A program made the position numbers and the translations under genes. This document shows, one piece after another, positions 47,321 to 57,358 of a stretch of DNA of 64,000 bases (within the stretch, counting starts at the first letter, position 1; each line of letters begins with the position of its first letter). Below the pieces are notes generated by a model, which saw only the letters and a program-made list of their open reading frames with translations, made no database searches and was not told the DNA's origin. The stretch spans positions 29,798 to 93,797 of IMG/VR virus record IMGVR_UViG_3300037628_000218. One strand, written 5' to 3'. The stretch is from a virus.

Positions 47321-47370
47321 TAAATAAGTGAAAATAAGTGAAAATAAGTGAAAATAAGTGAAAATAAGTA
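47321..47370. repeat. five copies of the 10-bp unit AAAATAAGTG
   Basis: directly visible, immediately upstream of a promoter. Confidence 0.95.
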
Positions 47371-47379
47371 GATATAGTG

Positions 47380-47407
47380 TTGACAATAGAAAAATGTGTG
47401 GTATAAT
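47380..47407 (+). promoter_or_regulatory. consensus sigma70 promoter with extended -10
   Basis: TTGACA-16-TATAAT with TGn. Confidence 0.8.
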
Positions 47408-47440
47408 TCTATCTTTTAAAGTTGTAAGGAGTTTACGTGT

Positions 47441-47953
47441 ATGATCGAAGATATACCAACTAGAGCCACATGGTTGGGGGAAGGAAGACCACCCCCAGAA
47501 GAAGGTTATAAAAGAGTGTTTCATACTCCATCAGGCATCTATCCAAAACTTACTCATGTTGCTTTGAAGTATGGTATCTTTAAATCTAGTGCTCATAGGA
47601 TGTTCAAGAACAAAAGTGATACTCTTAAAGAGTGGTACACTATAGGTAACCCCACCGAAGAACAAACTAATCAAGCTATAATCAATGCTAACACTCTATA
47701 TATTGCTAAGTATAAGGCTGAAGATCATTGTATTCTATGTAACGCTGTAGATAATTTGTTGTTCTCTGAGAAGTGTTGGTTGCTAGGTATTAACCACACT
47801 CACTCGACTAACCTTATGGAAACAAATGACCTTATAAATACAAGTGAAGCTATAATCCGTTATTCTTTCCGTGGAAAGGACTATAAGGTGAGCCACTTAG
47901 ATTGGGTTCGAGGTAAGCGAGTACACCTAGAGAGTACAGCTGACACTTTATAG
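47441..47953 (+). CDS. hypothetical protein, possible HTH DNA-binding protein
   Basis: AAGGAG RBS; TPSGIYPKLTHVALKYGI..SAHRMFK resembles endonuclease-associated HTH modules. Confidence 0.55.
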   Translation: MIEDIPTRATWLGEGRPPPEEGYKRVFHTPSGIYPKLTHVALKYGIFKSSAHRMFKNKSDTLKEWYTIGNPTEEQTNQAIINANTLYIAKYKAEDHCILCNAVDNLLFSEKCWLLGINHTHSTNLMETNDLINTSEAIIRYSFRGKDYKVSHLDWVRGKRVHLESTADTL

Positions 47954-47984
47954 GGTTTCTTAAATTAAAAATAGGAATAAGTAA

Positions 47985-48380
47985 ATGGTAAATGATTTGT
48001 ATGATTACTCACAATGGCCTAATTTCACAAGAGAAGAATTGATATGTCAATACACCAGTGAGGAGAACCCTAACGTAGATGCCTTCACAAGGCTCATGGA
48101 CAACGCACAGGAGCTTAGAACTTGGGCAGGAGTACCTTTCCAAGTCCCTAGTGCTTATCGCTCTCCTATACACCCTAAAGAGGTTTGTAAGTCTAGTCCA
48201 GGGCAACACAGTAAAGCTGCTCTTGACATTAGAGTCCCTACACAGCATTGTCATAGGATTGTTGCTAAGGCTTTTGAGCTAGGTTTTACAGGTATTGGTA
48301 TTAACCTAATAGGGGCAAAGGGGACTAGGTTTATTCATCTTGATAGACGGGAAGGCCCACCTAGGATTTGGAGCTACTGA
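47985..48380 (+). CDS. peptidase M15 family endolysin
   Basis: NFTREEL.C, SAYRSP, HSKAALD, GFTGIG, FIHLD. Confidence 0.88.
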   Translation: MVNDLYDYSQWPNFTREELICQYTSEENPNVDAFTRLMDNAQELRTWAGVPFQVPSAYRSPIHPKEVCKSSPGQHSKAALDIRVPTQHCHRIVAKAFELGFTGIGINLIGAKGTRFIHLDRREGPPRIWSY

Positions 48381-48399
48381 AAGTAATGTAGTAAAGTGA

Positions 48400-48428
48400 T
48401 TGACAAGCACTAGGTTACTTAGTATAGT
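48400..48428 (+). promoter_or_regulatory. sigma70 promoter
   Basis: TTGACA-17-TATAGT. Confidence 0.75.
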
Positions 48429-48633
48429 CAACTCAAGTGTGCATATACGCACAAAATCAACTAAAACACCCCTAACTGTGGTGTTAACGCACGGAGGTAG
48501 AAGATGAGAGTGATTCTTATAACCCAGCAAGAGTTAATCCAGAGGCAGGAAGAAGAAATGGTTGAGCTGCTAGTACAGGCTGTTAAGGATGGTAAAGCGG
48601 TTCCTTCTATCTTTTCGTATATGGTGCATTGAA

Positions 48634-49128
48634 ATGATGGATGTTAAAGAGGTTCAGAGGTGGTTAAGATGGCGTTTTCGTACACGACACGGACTTATGA
48701 TCCCTAATCTAAAGTGGTATGATACAAAGTTAGATATGGGTTGTGTACGTAAGAGCGGTTATTTGGATGAATTTGCTATAAAAATGACTAGGTCTGACTT
48801 TGAAGCTGACTTCATAAAGAAGCAGTATTTTAGAGACAAAGGAATTCCAGATGAGCCTGACTGGGGTAGAAAGGTAGGAGATAAGCACACCATGCTTCAC
48901 GATGGAGATGGGTTCCCTAGCCGTTTTTACTTTGTTTTAAAGGAGGGTATAGCTACCTCGGAGGAAGTCCCTGACGAGTATGGTCTAATCTGGATAACAA
49001 AAAGAGGCACCTGGATAGAGAGAGAAGCAATCCTTCTCCACAATAGGAAGCTATGCTTAAAAACCCAGCTTAACTTTGCAACGCAACTTAACCACAGCTG
49101 GTGGGATAAATTTATGAAGGAGAATTGA
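48634..49128 (+). CDS. MmcB-like / PD-(D/E)XK-type protein
   Basis: EFAIKMTRSDFEADF.K, RFYFV, VPDEYGLI; start moved to MMDVKE, just after the stop of a 43-aa ORF at 48503-48632. Confidence 0.65.
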   Translation: MMDVKEVQRWLRWRFRTRHGLMIPNLKWYDTKLDMGCVRKSGYLDEFAIKMTRSDFEADFIKKQYFRDKGIPDEPDWGRKVGDKHTMLHDGDGFPSRFYFVLKEGIATSEEVPDEYGLIWITKRGTWIEREAILLHNRKLCLKTQLNFATQLNHSWWDKFMKEN

Positions 49129-49129
49129 A

Positions 49130-49768
49130 ATGATGGATGCTAAAGAGGTTCAGCAGAAGTTTTATACAGGTATAGGTTGCAGGGAGCAAGGGGTTCACCC
49201 TAGTGTAGCTTCTGCTCAAGTAGCAATAGGGCTTCACTTAGCTAATGCAGGTTATGTTTTACGTTCAGGTCATGCGTCTGGTAGTGACTTCAACTTTGAA
49301 AGCGGTGCAGCTAGTATCGACCCTACTAAGTTAGATATTTACTTGCCTTGGTCTGAGTTCAGGAAAGGGAGTAATATTGAAGGTGTAACATACTTAACCC
49401 TAAGTCACACTGCCTTTAAGTGGGCTAGAAAGCAGTTAATTGACTCTGAGGTGTTACCTTACTTCGGTCAAATGGGTGACATGGCACAAAACTTCCACGC
49501 TAGAAACGTCTTTCAGGTTTTAGGAAGAGAGAAGGTGAAGAGTGAATTTGTAGTATATTATGCTCCTGTAGATGCGGAAGGCCATGTACTAGGTGGTACT
49601 AGAACTGCTGTTAACTTAGCACGTAAGCTAGGTATACCTACCTACAATCTGAAGTTACCTAATGAAGCATACACGTTTCTACAGGAGATTAATCATCTTC
49701 ATAGTGGTAAACTAACAACACAGATAGATGGTATATATAAATACCTGTTTAAGGAGAGCATACCATGA
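49130..49768 (+). CDS. SLOG/DprA-like nucleotide-binding protein
   Basis: YTGIGCRE, LRSGHASGSD..FE.G, IYLPW, HARNVFQVLG, GGTRTAV..A. Confidence 0.8.
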   Translation: MMDAKEVQQKFYTGIGCREQGVHPSVASAQVAIGLHLANAGYVLRSGHASGSDFNFESGAASIDPTKLDIYLPWSEFRKGSNIEGVTYLTLSHTAFKWARKQLIDSEVLPYFGQMGDMAQNFHARNVFQVLGREKVKSEFVVYYAPVDAEGHVLGGTRTAVNLARKLGIPTYNLKLPNEAYTFLQEINHLHSGKLTTQIDGIYKYLFKESIP

Positions 49769-50770
49769 TATTTATTAGTGCAAGTCCATATTTATACCTA
49801 ACTAACATCGTTGTGGGAATCTTGGTAGGGCTTATATCAGCTACCCCTTCTCTAGGGGTTCTTAGCATGCTAACAGGGTATCTAATGATATTACTTAGTG
49901 AGGAGGTGTACCCATGTGGGTAGCTAATGTAACACTGGTAGGTTGTCTGACAGTCCTCCTAGCAGATCTTCTAGTTCCTGTGATAGCAGGTGGTGCGATC
50001 CTTGTGCCATTTATAGGGTCTCTAATAGGGTTTCTAATGGTCTTTCTAGTAATTCACAATGGTGCGAAGGAGGTTTAGTATGTGGTTTCTTAAATGGGTA
50101 GTACATCCGATAGTATGTCTCCTGATAGGGGTTTTAGCACCTACGCCAGTAATAATTGTGATAGTGTCTGTGTTAGTAGTTTTAATGCTATTCTGCCTGA
50201 CTTATGATATAGTGGCTATTATCATGATGCACCAGGCTAGGAAGGAGAATCGATATGAAGTTAGTTAAAAGTTATTTAGTGCCAACAATTTGTTTCCTAG
50301 TAGGGTTCTTTTCCCCTATTGGGGGTTTAGTGATAATAGGGTTGATTCTCCTAGGGCTTCTAGTGTCTTGGACAGTGAGATACTACACTAATAAAGGGGA
50401 GGGCTTAATATGGAGATTACTTATACGAGGTTAAAATACGGGAGGGGGTTGTTATGTTAATACTGGTACTGTCTTTATTACCCTCGGTGGGTATCTTGGT
50501 AGGACTTTTAATAACTACACCAGTGATAGGTAGTTTCACGCCCTTCATAGGAGGTCTAATAGGTTTTCTAATAGGTCTTATGCTACTAAGGAGTAAAATA
50601 CAATGAGTTCATTTATAATTCTATCCATTGTTTTAATAGCTGTACTCATGTTAGGCTTCCTTATGGGAGTGTACTACGAGAAGGCTTCAAACGGTGGGAA
50701 CGGGGATACAGAGGCTACGAGGTATGTGAAAGATGCTGCACGGGGTGTGTACGGTATAGAAAACAACTGA
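49765..50770 (+). other. run of six translationally coupled 50-62 aa membrane microprotein genes
   Basis: manual translation; starts at about 49765, 49914, 50079, 50255, 50454 and 50603; all hydrophobic. Confidence 0.7.
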
Positions 50771-50785
50771 AGAGGAGTTAAAGAC

Positions 50786-51445
50786 ATGAAAAGCACAGAC
50801 GGTAAAAAGTTAGTCAAGAATAATTTCTATCACACAAGGTCAGGTCAAGAAGTAGTTCTACAGGATTGGGGTAAAGGGCAGTATGGCCCTATGTTTCTCA
50901 TAACTCGCTTTTATGAGGGTGAGGGGACGGAGATGAAATTGTACCCAGAAGGGGAGATCGACTTTAATTATGAGCATGATGGGGAAATAGAGCCAGTCGA
51001 TGAGTTATTTAAAGAAGCTCCAGTGTTTGTTGTTGATAAAGAGTATAAAGAGAAATCGGAAGAGGTTTTAGCTCTTTGCGCTTCGATTGGTAAGCTTGAG
51101 AAATTACTTGCAGCGTCAAATAAGGAGTTATATAGGCTTAAGGATGAAGTAAGGATTACTGCCCTTAAATCTAAAGATGGTGAAGCTGCCCTACAAACTT
51201 GGGCAAGAAGTATCAAGTCTGCAAGGGAAGAGCTGGCAGATAAAGCAGATCAGATAGCAAGAGCTGAAGAAAAGCTTAGTAGCTACAGTAGCCCTAGTGA
51301 TAGTCTTGTAACCGTAACTGCGGTTGAGCTAGCTGAGTATAGACGGTATAGATTTAAGCTCACCTGCCTGATAAAGGGTGGGGTCGCCTTATGGGAGGAT
51401 TATGACGAGGTTTTAAAAGATTACTGGAATCAGTATCCAGAGTAA
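50786..51445 (+). CDS. MKxTDGK-family coiled-coil protein, paralog 1
   Basis: MKSTDGKKLV..Y.TRSG..V.L..W, ELF...P, VLAL. Confidence 0.7.
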   Translation: MKSTDGKKLVKNNFYHTRSGQEVVLQDWGKGQYGPMFLITRFYEGEGTEMKLYPEGEIDFNYEHDGEIEPVDELFKEAPVFVVDKEYKEKSEEVLALCASIGKLEKLLAASNKELYRLKDEVRITALKSKDGEAALQTWARSIKSAREELADKADQIARAEEKLSSYSSPSDSLVTVTAVELAEYRRYRFKLTCLIKGGVALWEDYDEVLKDYWNQYPE

Positions 51446-51638
51446 ATTAGATTAAGGAGGTTACCGTGGCAGATCATGTAGTAAAGGTAAAAATAGATAG
51501 CGGAAAGAGTATTACACTTGAGCCTGTTCAGGAGGCTGCATACATGCTGTTGCCATCTGGTGAGCCACTAGAAGTTGACAAACCTAAGATAGGCCCAGAA
51601 GAGTACAGTAACTACCATATGTTTATAGGAGAAAGTTT

Positions 51639-51932
51639 ATGAGGTATAACTACAGGTTAAGTATCCGTCCTGCTATTGAAAAAACAACCCTAGAGTTAGT
51701 CTGCGATTTTGAGAGTGCAGCTGAGATGGTTGCTGCAAAAGATACTGCGGCAAGTCTGCTCCTATTCTTACAAGACAGTGCCAACGTAATGAAAGATTAC
51801 TCAAATTTCTTCTTGATGGAGGCGTGCGGTGATTCAGGTTGGGTTGTATATGATGAAGAAGAGTATGAGGGTCACATAAGTGGGAATACGTTACTTCGTA
51901 GGCTCGAAGCACTCAAAGGAGTCTTAAAATAA
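51639..51932 (+). CDS. hypothetical protein
   Basis: ORF with AGGAG RBS. Confidence 0.6.
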   Translation: MRYNYRLSIRPAIEKTTLELVCDFESAAEMVAAKDTAASLLLFLQDSANVMKDYSNFFLMEACGDSGWVVYDEEEYEGHISGNTLLRRLEALKGVLK

Positions 51933-51962
51933 ATTTATGATGACTGATAAAGGGGAAAAGGT

Positions 51963-52304
51963 ATGAACGACTCTGAATATGGTATAATGGTTGACAGGTT
52001 ATCAGGGGTAGGAAAGAACCATCGTCATTTTATGGAGCCACGGGAACGGGTACTAGAACTTGTACAACCATTGTGGCGGGATTACAGGCATTCTGAGAAT
52101 ATGAAGGAAGCTGCTGAACTTAATAATAAGGACATTACCACAGCATATCAAGCTGCTATAGATCATGCAATTAGCGTAGGCCACGACGCGCTAGGCTTCC
52201 TTAATATGTGGAATGAAGGTGATTGGAAACAAATAGCAAAGTATTGGCCTAAGTTTGACCTAACTACTACAGGGCAATGTGATAGTAAGGGAGAGTTATT
52301 GTGA
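51963..52304 (+). CDS. hypothetical protein
   Basis: ORF in operon. Confidence 0.6.
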   Translation: MNDSEYGIMVDRLSGVGKNHRHFMEPRERVLELVQPLWRDYRHSENMKEAAELNNKDITTAYQAAIDHAISVGHDALGFLNMWNEGDWKQIAKYWPKFDLTTTGQCDSKGELL

Positions 52305-52669
52305 ATGAATACAATGGTGTTAAAGACAACCCTCACTTTGCAGAGTTCTATAAGCGGAGAGATATAGATATGTACGCCCGTAAAGTAAATGATTTAATTA
52401 GAGCAGATGGTTTCAAGGCGATTCTCTATATTAGTGATAATGCCACCTACCTTGAGTTTACTAGTATATCTTGTAAGGTTTATAGGTCTGGTGAGGCAAT
52501 TTGGCTAGGTACAAAGAGTACTGTAAGAGAAGTAAAAGCTCTAAAGGAGTCTGAATTGCTACACAGCAAAAGGGTCAGTGATGAGCAGGAGCGAATAGAT
52601 CAAGCGTCAAAGGATAAAGGTAGGCATATTAGGGCGTTGTTTACGCTTAAAGGGGAGTACGTGGCATGA
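52301..52669 (+). CDS. hypothetical protein
   Basis: GTGA-coupled ORF. Confidence 0.6.
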   Translation: MNEYNGVKDNPHFAEFYKRRDIDMYARKVNDLIRADGFKAILYISDNATYLEFTSISCKVYRSGEAIWLGTKSTVREVKALKESELLHSKRVSDEQERIDQASKDKGRHIRALFTLKGEYVA

Positions 52670-52992
52670 GATCTCATAAGTATTTTATGCACGACCCTGC
52701 TAATGGGTTTGAAGAGTTTGAAACAGAAGAAGAGCGCGATGAAGCTGCAAAAGTTGCAATAGCCTTCTACCTTGAGGATGGTTGGGATACTGATGTGGAG
52801 TACATTACAACAGGGGTAATCACTCATATAGCATCTCAAGTGGATATTAAGCAGCGTCCAGAGTTTACTGATGAAGATGGTTACGATGAGGATGGTGAAT
52901 ATTGGGATCACCACTGGGAGTTCAGGTGCAACTATAAGATGCTGCCAATACCTGTAAGTTTAACTAACAAAGCTGAGGAGATAAAGCTATGA
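52666..52992 (+). CDS. acidic hypothetical protein
   Basis: ATGA-coupled ORF. Confidence 0.6.
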   Translation: MRSHKYFMHDPANGFEEFETEEERDEAAKVAIAFYLEDGWDTDVEYITTGVITHIASQVDIKQRPEFTDEDGYDEDGEYWDHHWEFRCNYKMLPIPVSLTNKAEEIKL

Positions 52993-53351
52993 ATGGACAT
53001 ATAAACGCAGCACTACTAATACTTGATAAAACGATAGAACACTTTGACAGGGGTTGCGCTTCGTGCTGTGTAACTGGGGAAGAGATAAAAATATCAATAG
53101 AATCAGTGAGAGAAGAGCTGATTGCATTCTGTGGTAAGATTGCTGACGAGGAAGAGAAAGTAGAAGGGACTCAGACTAAGGTTATTAGGGTAGGACAAAC
53201 CTTTCAGTCTGATCACAACGGGCTATTACAATTCCTTGGGTTTGATAACTACATGGGAGAAAGGACTATAAAAGTACAAAGGGTAGATGATGGTCACCTC
53301 GTTTACTACCATATGGGTAGCTTTAAAGGGTTAGAATTCTCAGAACATTAG
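52989..53351 (+). CDS. hypothetical protein
   Basis: ATGA-coupled ORF. Confidence 0.6.
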   Translation: MNGHINAALLILDKTIEHFDRGCASCCVTGEEIKISIESVREELIAFCGKIADEEEKVEGTQTKVIRVGQTFQSDHNGLLQFLGFDNYMGERTIKVQRVDDGHLVYYHMGSFKGLEFSEH

Positions 53352-53722
53352 CTTTAATATACATTTTTGATTATCAACTAAAAGACACACCTTTTAACAA
53401 CACTAACGAGGAGATACAATGACTACTAAAGTTTATAAGACAATTTTTGAAGAGGAAGCAGATGGTGTAAGAATCACCCTAGCACTTGAAGAAGGGCTGG
53501 AAGAGAAGAACGAGAAAGCTTTCAACCTTAACTTTGCGTTAATGGAGCTAGCTAGCCAGCTTGTTGTAACGGCTAAAGGAGGTAAGAGCTAATGATCGAC
53601 CTAACTTATTTTATATCATCTTTTTTCCTAGGCTTTATGCTATACTCGGTTATCAAACACATGATAGTCCGTGATAAGAGCCTCCCTTTTACTAGGGACA
53701 CGGCTAAAGGAGGTAAGAGCTA

Positions 53723-53926
53723 ATGAGTGTACCATTCTTTGTTGCATTATATCTAACCCTATTCTTCTTCCTAGGGGCTATAGCGTATCTAGTTATACAA
53801 TATGCACTAGACTGTGATAAGAGCCTTCTTACTCCTGACCCTGTAGAGAGCGAACCTTACAAAAAGGTAGGAGAACCCTCAGTGGAAGAGGTAATGCTAG
53901 GAACTATACTTTCGATGGGGAAGTAG
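53723..53926 (+). CDS. small membrane protein
   Basis: N-terminal TM; AAGGAGGT RBS. Confidence 0.6.
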   Translation: MSVPFFVALYLTLFFFLGAIAYLVIQYALDCDKSLLTPDPVESEPYKKVGEPSVEEVMLGTILSMGK

Positions 53927-54303
53927 TTGTTGACAGGGCCAAGCTAGTATGTAATAATCTCTCCTACACAAACTTAATAGGAGAAACATAATGGAAATAC
54001 TACTAATGGTATTGGCAGCAACTGTAGGGATCACAATAGGCGCAGTGGCTTTACGTATACATAGTATAGGGAAGCTTACAGTATCAATAGCTGCCTTCTT
54101 AGGAGGTATACATAAGGAGTATGAGGAGTCTAAGACTTTAGACTCTGGGGAGCAGAAAGTATGACAGATAATGAAGTCCTAGCTATGGCTATACTTAAAT
54201 CGTTTTCAGGGTGGTTAGTAGTAGTAAGTGTGTACTATCTGGTGATGCGTCATTTAGAATTACGCGCATATAATAGGAAGGAACGCGGAGAGGGGTTTGA
54301 GGT

Positions 54304-54837
54304 ATGAAAACAACAGATGGTAAGAAGCTTGTAGTAAACTCACGTTACTTCACAAGGTCAGGGTGCCTAGTAAACCTACTAGGGTGGAGCTTAACTGTAA
54401 GTGAAGATGTAAATATCGTAACCTATAACGTACTGCCCGCTTTTAAGACTTCAGCAAGTAAGGGTGTATATAGAGGAGAAACTGATCAGGTTAGTGAGCT
54501 GTTCCTCTACCTACCAGGTGCTCTTATTATTAACAAGAAGAAAGCTAAGAAAGCTGAAAAGGTTTTAGCTCTTAATGCGGTAATTAAGGAGCTTCAGGAT
54601 ACAGTAGTAGACCTTAACGCCTCATGTCAGGGTAGAAGCTCAAGGTTAGATATGCTGATAGAACGGATGAGGGTAAATGGTATACAACTAACGAAGGCAG
54701 AGGGAAAGCTGAAAGCTATAGAGGATAAGATTACAAGCAGTACAGCATCACTAATCCTGCTAGAAGTTATTTGCGATAAGGGCCTATCTGACATCCATCT
54801 TAACTCAATACTAGAAAAGATGGAGGCAAATCTATGA
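54304..54837 (+). CDS. MKxTDGK-family protein, paralog 2
   Basis: MKTTDGKKLVVNSRYFTRSG. Confidence 0.7.
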   Translation: MKTTDGKKLVVNSRYFTRSGCLVNLLGWSLTVSEDVNIVTYNVLPAFKTSASKGVYRGETDQVSELFLYLPGALIINKKKAKKAEKVLALNAVIKELQDTVVDLNASCQGRSSRLDMLIERMRVNGIQLTKAEGKLKAIEDKITSSTASLILLEVICDKGLSDIHLNSILEKMEANL

Positions 54838-55553
54838 AAACAACAGATGGGAAAGACCTTAAAGTAGACTCATATTACTTCGAGAAGACAGGACAAGCAG
54901 TTATTCTAAAGGAATGGGGTGTGTATGAGCATGGTGTGTTCTATAAGGTTGTTCGAGTTTATGAGGGTGTGTCACGGACTTATGAGGAGGGTGTAATGGT
55001 TGTGGATGACTCCTCTAAGAAGTATGTAGGAGAACTTGAGAGGGTTAGTGAGTTATTCGCTGATGTTCCAACCAGTATTAATAGCGATGCGTATAAGCAG
55101 AAACTTGAAGAGGTTTTAGATCTTGGTGCGGAAGTCAGGGAGCTTGAGACTAAAGCAAATGATCTTGCTTCGAAGGTTTTTGCTAACGGCTTAAAGTTAC
55201 AGAAAGTAACAAAACAGGTTGAGGTAGCCAACAAAGATCTGAGGGATACTCTATTAGAAGTTGATAACGCAAAGGACAAGTTAATAGAAACAAACTTTGA
55301 CACACTATCAGTAGAGCGAGAGCACAAATTCAGTATAAAGGTATTGGGGAGGAAGAGCAAGGAAGCCTCGGAGGAATTGGCAGCTAAACAGTCAGAAATT
55401 GCTATAGCAGAGGAACGGCTGAAAAGGTTAAAGGGAAGGTTCTACGCGCGGGCAAGGGTGAAGCGCGGCTCCGACAGTTTTGATAAGCTTGAAAATCCAG
55501 AGGATAGTATTGATCCAACTACACTAAGCGCGCTTCTGGATGGCTTTAACTAA
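54834..55553 (+). CDS. MKxTDGK-family protein, paralog 3
   Basis: MKTTDGKDLKVDSYYFEKTG, YEG, VSELF. Confidence 0.7.
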   Translation: MKTTDGKDLKVDSYYFEKTGQAVILKEWGVYEHGVFYKVVRVYEGVSRTYEEGVMVVDDSSKKYVGELERVSELFADVPTSINSDAYKQKLEEVLDLGAEVRELETKANDLASKVFANGLKLQKVTKQVEVANKDLRDTLLEVDNAKDKLIETNFDTLSVEREHKFSIKVLGRKSKEASEELAAKQSEIAIAEERLKRLKGRFYARARVKRGSDSFDKLENPEDSIDPTTLSALLDGFN

Positions 55554-55697
55554 GTATGAGAAACCGAGAAGGGGATGAAGAGTTTGACGACTGGTATATA
55601 ACATTTACATACCTATGGGAACAAAGACGAGGAGGTCTATAATGAGTTTCATCTTGATATACCTCCTACTTGTAGTAGTAGTTCTAAACTTACATGT

Positions 55698-56405
55698 ATG
55701 GTGTTACCTACTCTCGCAGCCGAAGGAGAAGAAATGAATATACAACAACATAAAGAGATTGCTAAGGAAATATTAGCCAAGCTACAAACTCTGGACAGTC
55801 GAGCTATATTAGCTGGAGGTGCTGTAAGGGATTGGTTCTTTAATAAAGAAGCTAAGGACTTAGACTTCTATGTAGATATGGGTGCATTTCCTTCTGGGAC
55901 TTCCTCTGACCTTCACGGAACCTTAAAACGGGTTCTGGAAGAGGTATTAGGGGTGGAGTTAGTATCACTGCGTAGTGCGGATGGAAACCCTTATTTAGAC
56001 GAAAATGACGAGGCAGGTGAGGGGCTAAAGGAAGTCCTGGAAGGATCTTTCCAAGATTGTCATATTCAAATCATGTTATACGAGGGTAAGCCCCTTGATT
56101 ATGTAATTAAGTATTTTAATACCTCTATCTGTCAATGTTATTGGGAGGGTGGAAATAAGTTACCAAAGTATTTATCCCACTTTATAGCTAGTGTTGGTAA
56201 CAAGATTATCACCTATAAGAAAGGTATGCTGGATAGCTATCATGTGGCTAAAATGAAGGGGTACTTTCCAGAGTATACATTTGTAGAGGGGGTAAAATGC
56301 AAGCAGGGTGGAGTCTATTCTACTGAAAGGCTCTTAACAGTCTTTACACATAAAGACTCATCCTACATAGGTGAAGAGGGCTTAGTAGAGAGCATCCCAT
56401 ACTAA
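55698..56405 (+). CDS. nucleotidyltransferase (CCA-adding/poly(A) polymerase head-domain type)
   Basis: LAGGAVRD...KDLDF; likely start MNIQQ at 55734. Confidence 0.8.
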   Translation: MVLPTLAAEGEEMNIQQHKEIAKEILAKLQTLDSRAILAGGAVRDWFFNKEAKDLDFYVDMGAFPSGTSSDLHGTLKRVLEEVLGVELVSLRSADGNPYLDENDEAGEGLKEVLEGSFQDCHIQIMLYEGKPLDYVIKYFNTSICQCYWEGGNKLPKYLSHFIASVGNKIITYKKGMLDSYHVAKMKGYFPEYTFVEGVKCKQGGVYSTERLLTVFTHKDSSYIGEEGLVESIPY

Positions 56406-56497
56406 ACCTTCCTTATAGGTAAAGTATCACTTGACATACAGGAGAGGGCAGTGCTGAAGACAAATCAGAGGGGTACTACTAAAAATTACCTTAAATT

Positions 56498-56911
56498 ATG
56501 GAGGGATTAATGACTAGAATTAATGTATACTATGACGGTAAGTTAAGCAGAGGAATGCCAGCAACTATAATTAAAGCAAAGGGTAAAAGGATTTTAATTC
56601 AGTTTCATAATGAGTGGAGTGATGATGAAGAGGAAGATACGGATACTTCTGTGTGGTTTAATAAAGTGAGCAGGTCTCGTAAGGGCGTGTATACCCACGC
56701 ACCTACAAATACTTGGTTTTATAGGGAAAGAGAAACAGAAGCATTTAAGTTTGCAAGTCGTGAATGGCTAGTCCAAGAATATTATGATAAGTTGTTTAAC
56801 CCTTGTTTAGAAAAGAACCTTGTAGGGCGTTATGAAGTAGCTACGGTTTCTGAAGATATTGGAAGAGCTATACGTACTCCATCTGAAATAACGGGGGTTT
56901 ACAATGGATAA
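56498..56911 (+). CDS. hypothetical protein
   Basis: ORF; likely start MTRINV. Confidence 0.6.
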   Translation: MEGLMTRINVYYDGKLSRGMPATIIKAKGKRILIQFHNEWSDDEEEDTDTSVWFNKVSRSRKGVYTHAPTNTWFYRERETEAFKFASREWLVQEYYDKLFNPCLEKNLVGRYEVATVSEDIGRAIRTPSEITGVYNG

Positions 56912-57028
56912 CAACGGTTGGGAGAGTCTTTTAAAGTTCGCATATTTTGGAAGTATTGTAGCTGCTGGGATGGTTATAGCAGGGGCTGGTTCTGTAGTCT
57001 ATTTGATCTATTTGGGTGCTAATAGTGT

Positions 57029-57057
57029 TTGACAAGGGTTGGGAAGAGTGCGATAAT
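57029..57057 (+). promoter_or_regulatory. sigma70 promoter for the TRIxK paralog array
   Basis: TTGACA-17-GATAAT with TGn. Confidence 0.7.
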
Positions 57058-57087
57058 CTCCTCATCGTAACTAATTAGGAGGGTTTT

Positions 57088-57357
57088 ATGGGCAGCATGA
57101 ACGATAAGCCAGATACACGTATATTAAAGCAGCTAGACGAAAATGGTGAGAATGCTACGTACAAAGCACAGTATACTAACGTCCTCGGTATTTGGGTAGA
57201 CATCTACATTGATATAAATGGAGTGGGTGAGTGTACCTGTCTCACTAGCTCTCTTTCTGTGGCTAAGGAAGTTATCGACAAGCTTTTACTGCCTTATAAC
57301 ATTCCTGAAGAGGAGATAATAATTTATCCACCTGTGGTATCTGAAGGAGATTCTTAA
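57088..57357 (+). CDS. TRIxK-family paralog 1
   Basis: TRILK..YKAQ..W..ID..IIIYPP. Confidence 0.7.
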   Translation: MGSMNDKPDTRILKQLDENGENATYKAQYTNVLGIWVDIYIDINGVGECTCLTSSLSVAKEVIDKLLLPYNIPEEEIIIYPPVVSEGDS

Positions 57358-57358
57358 A

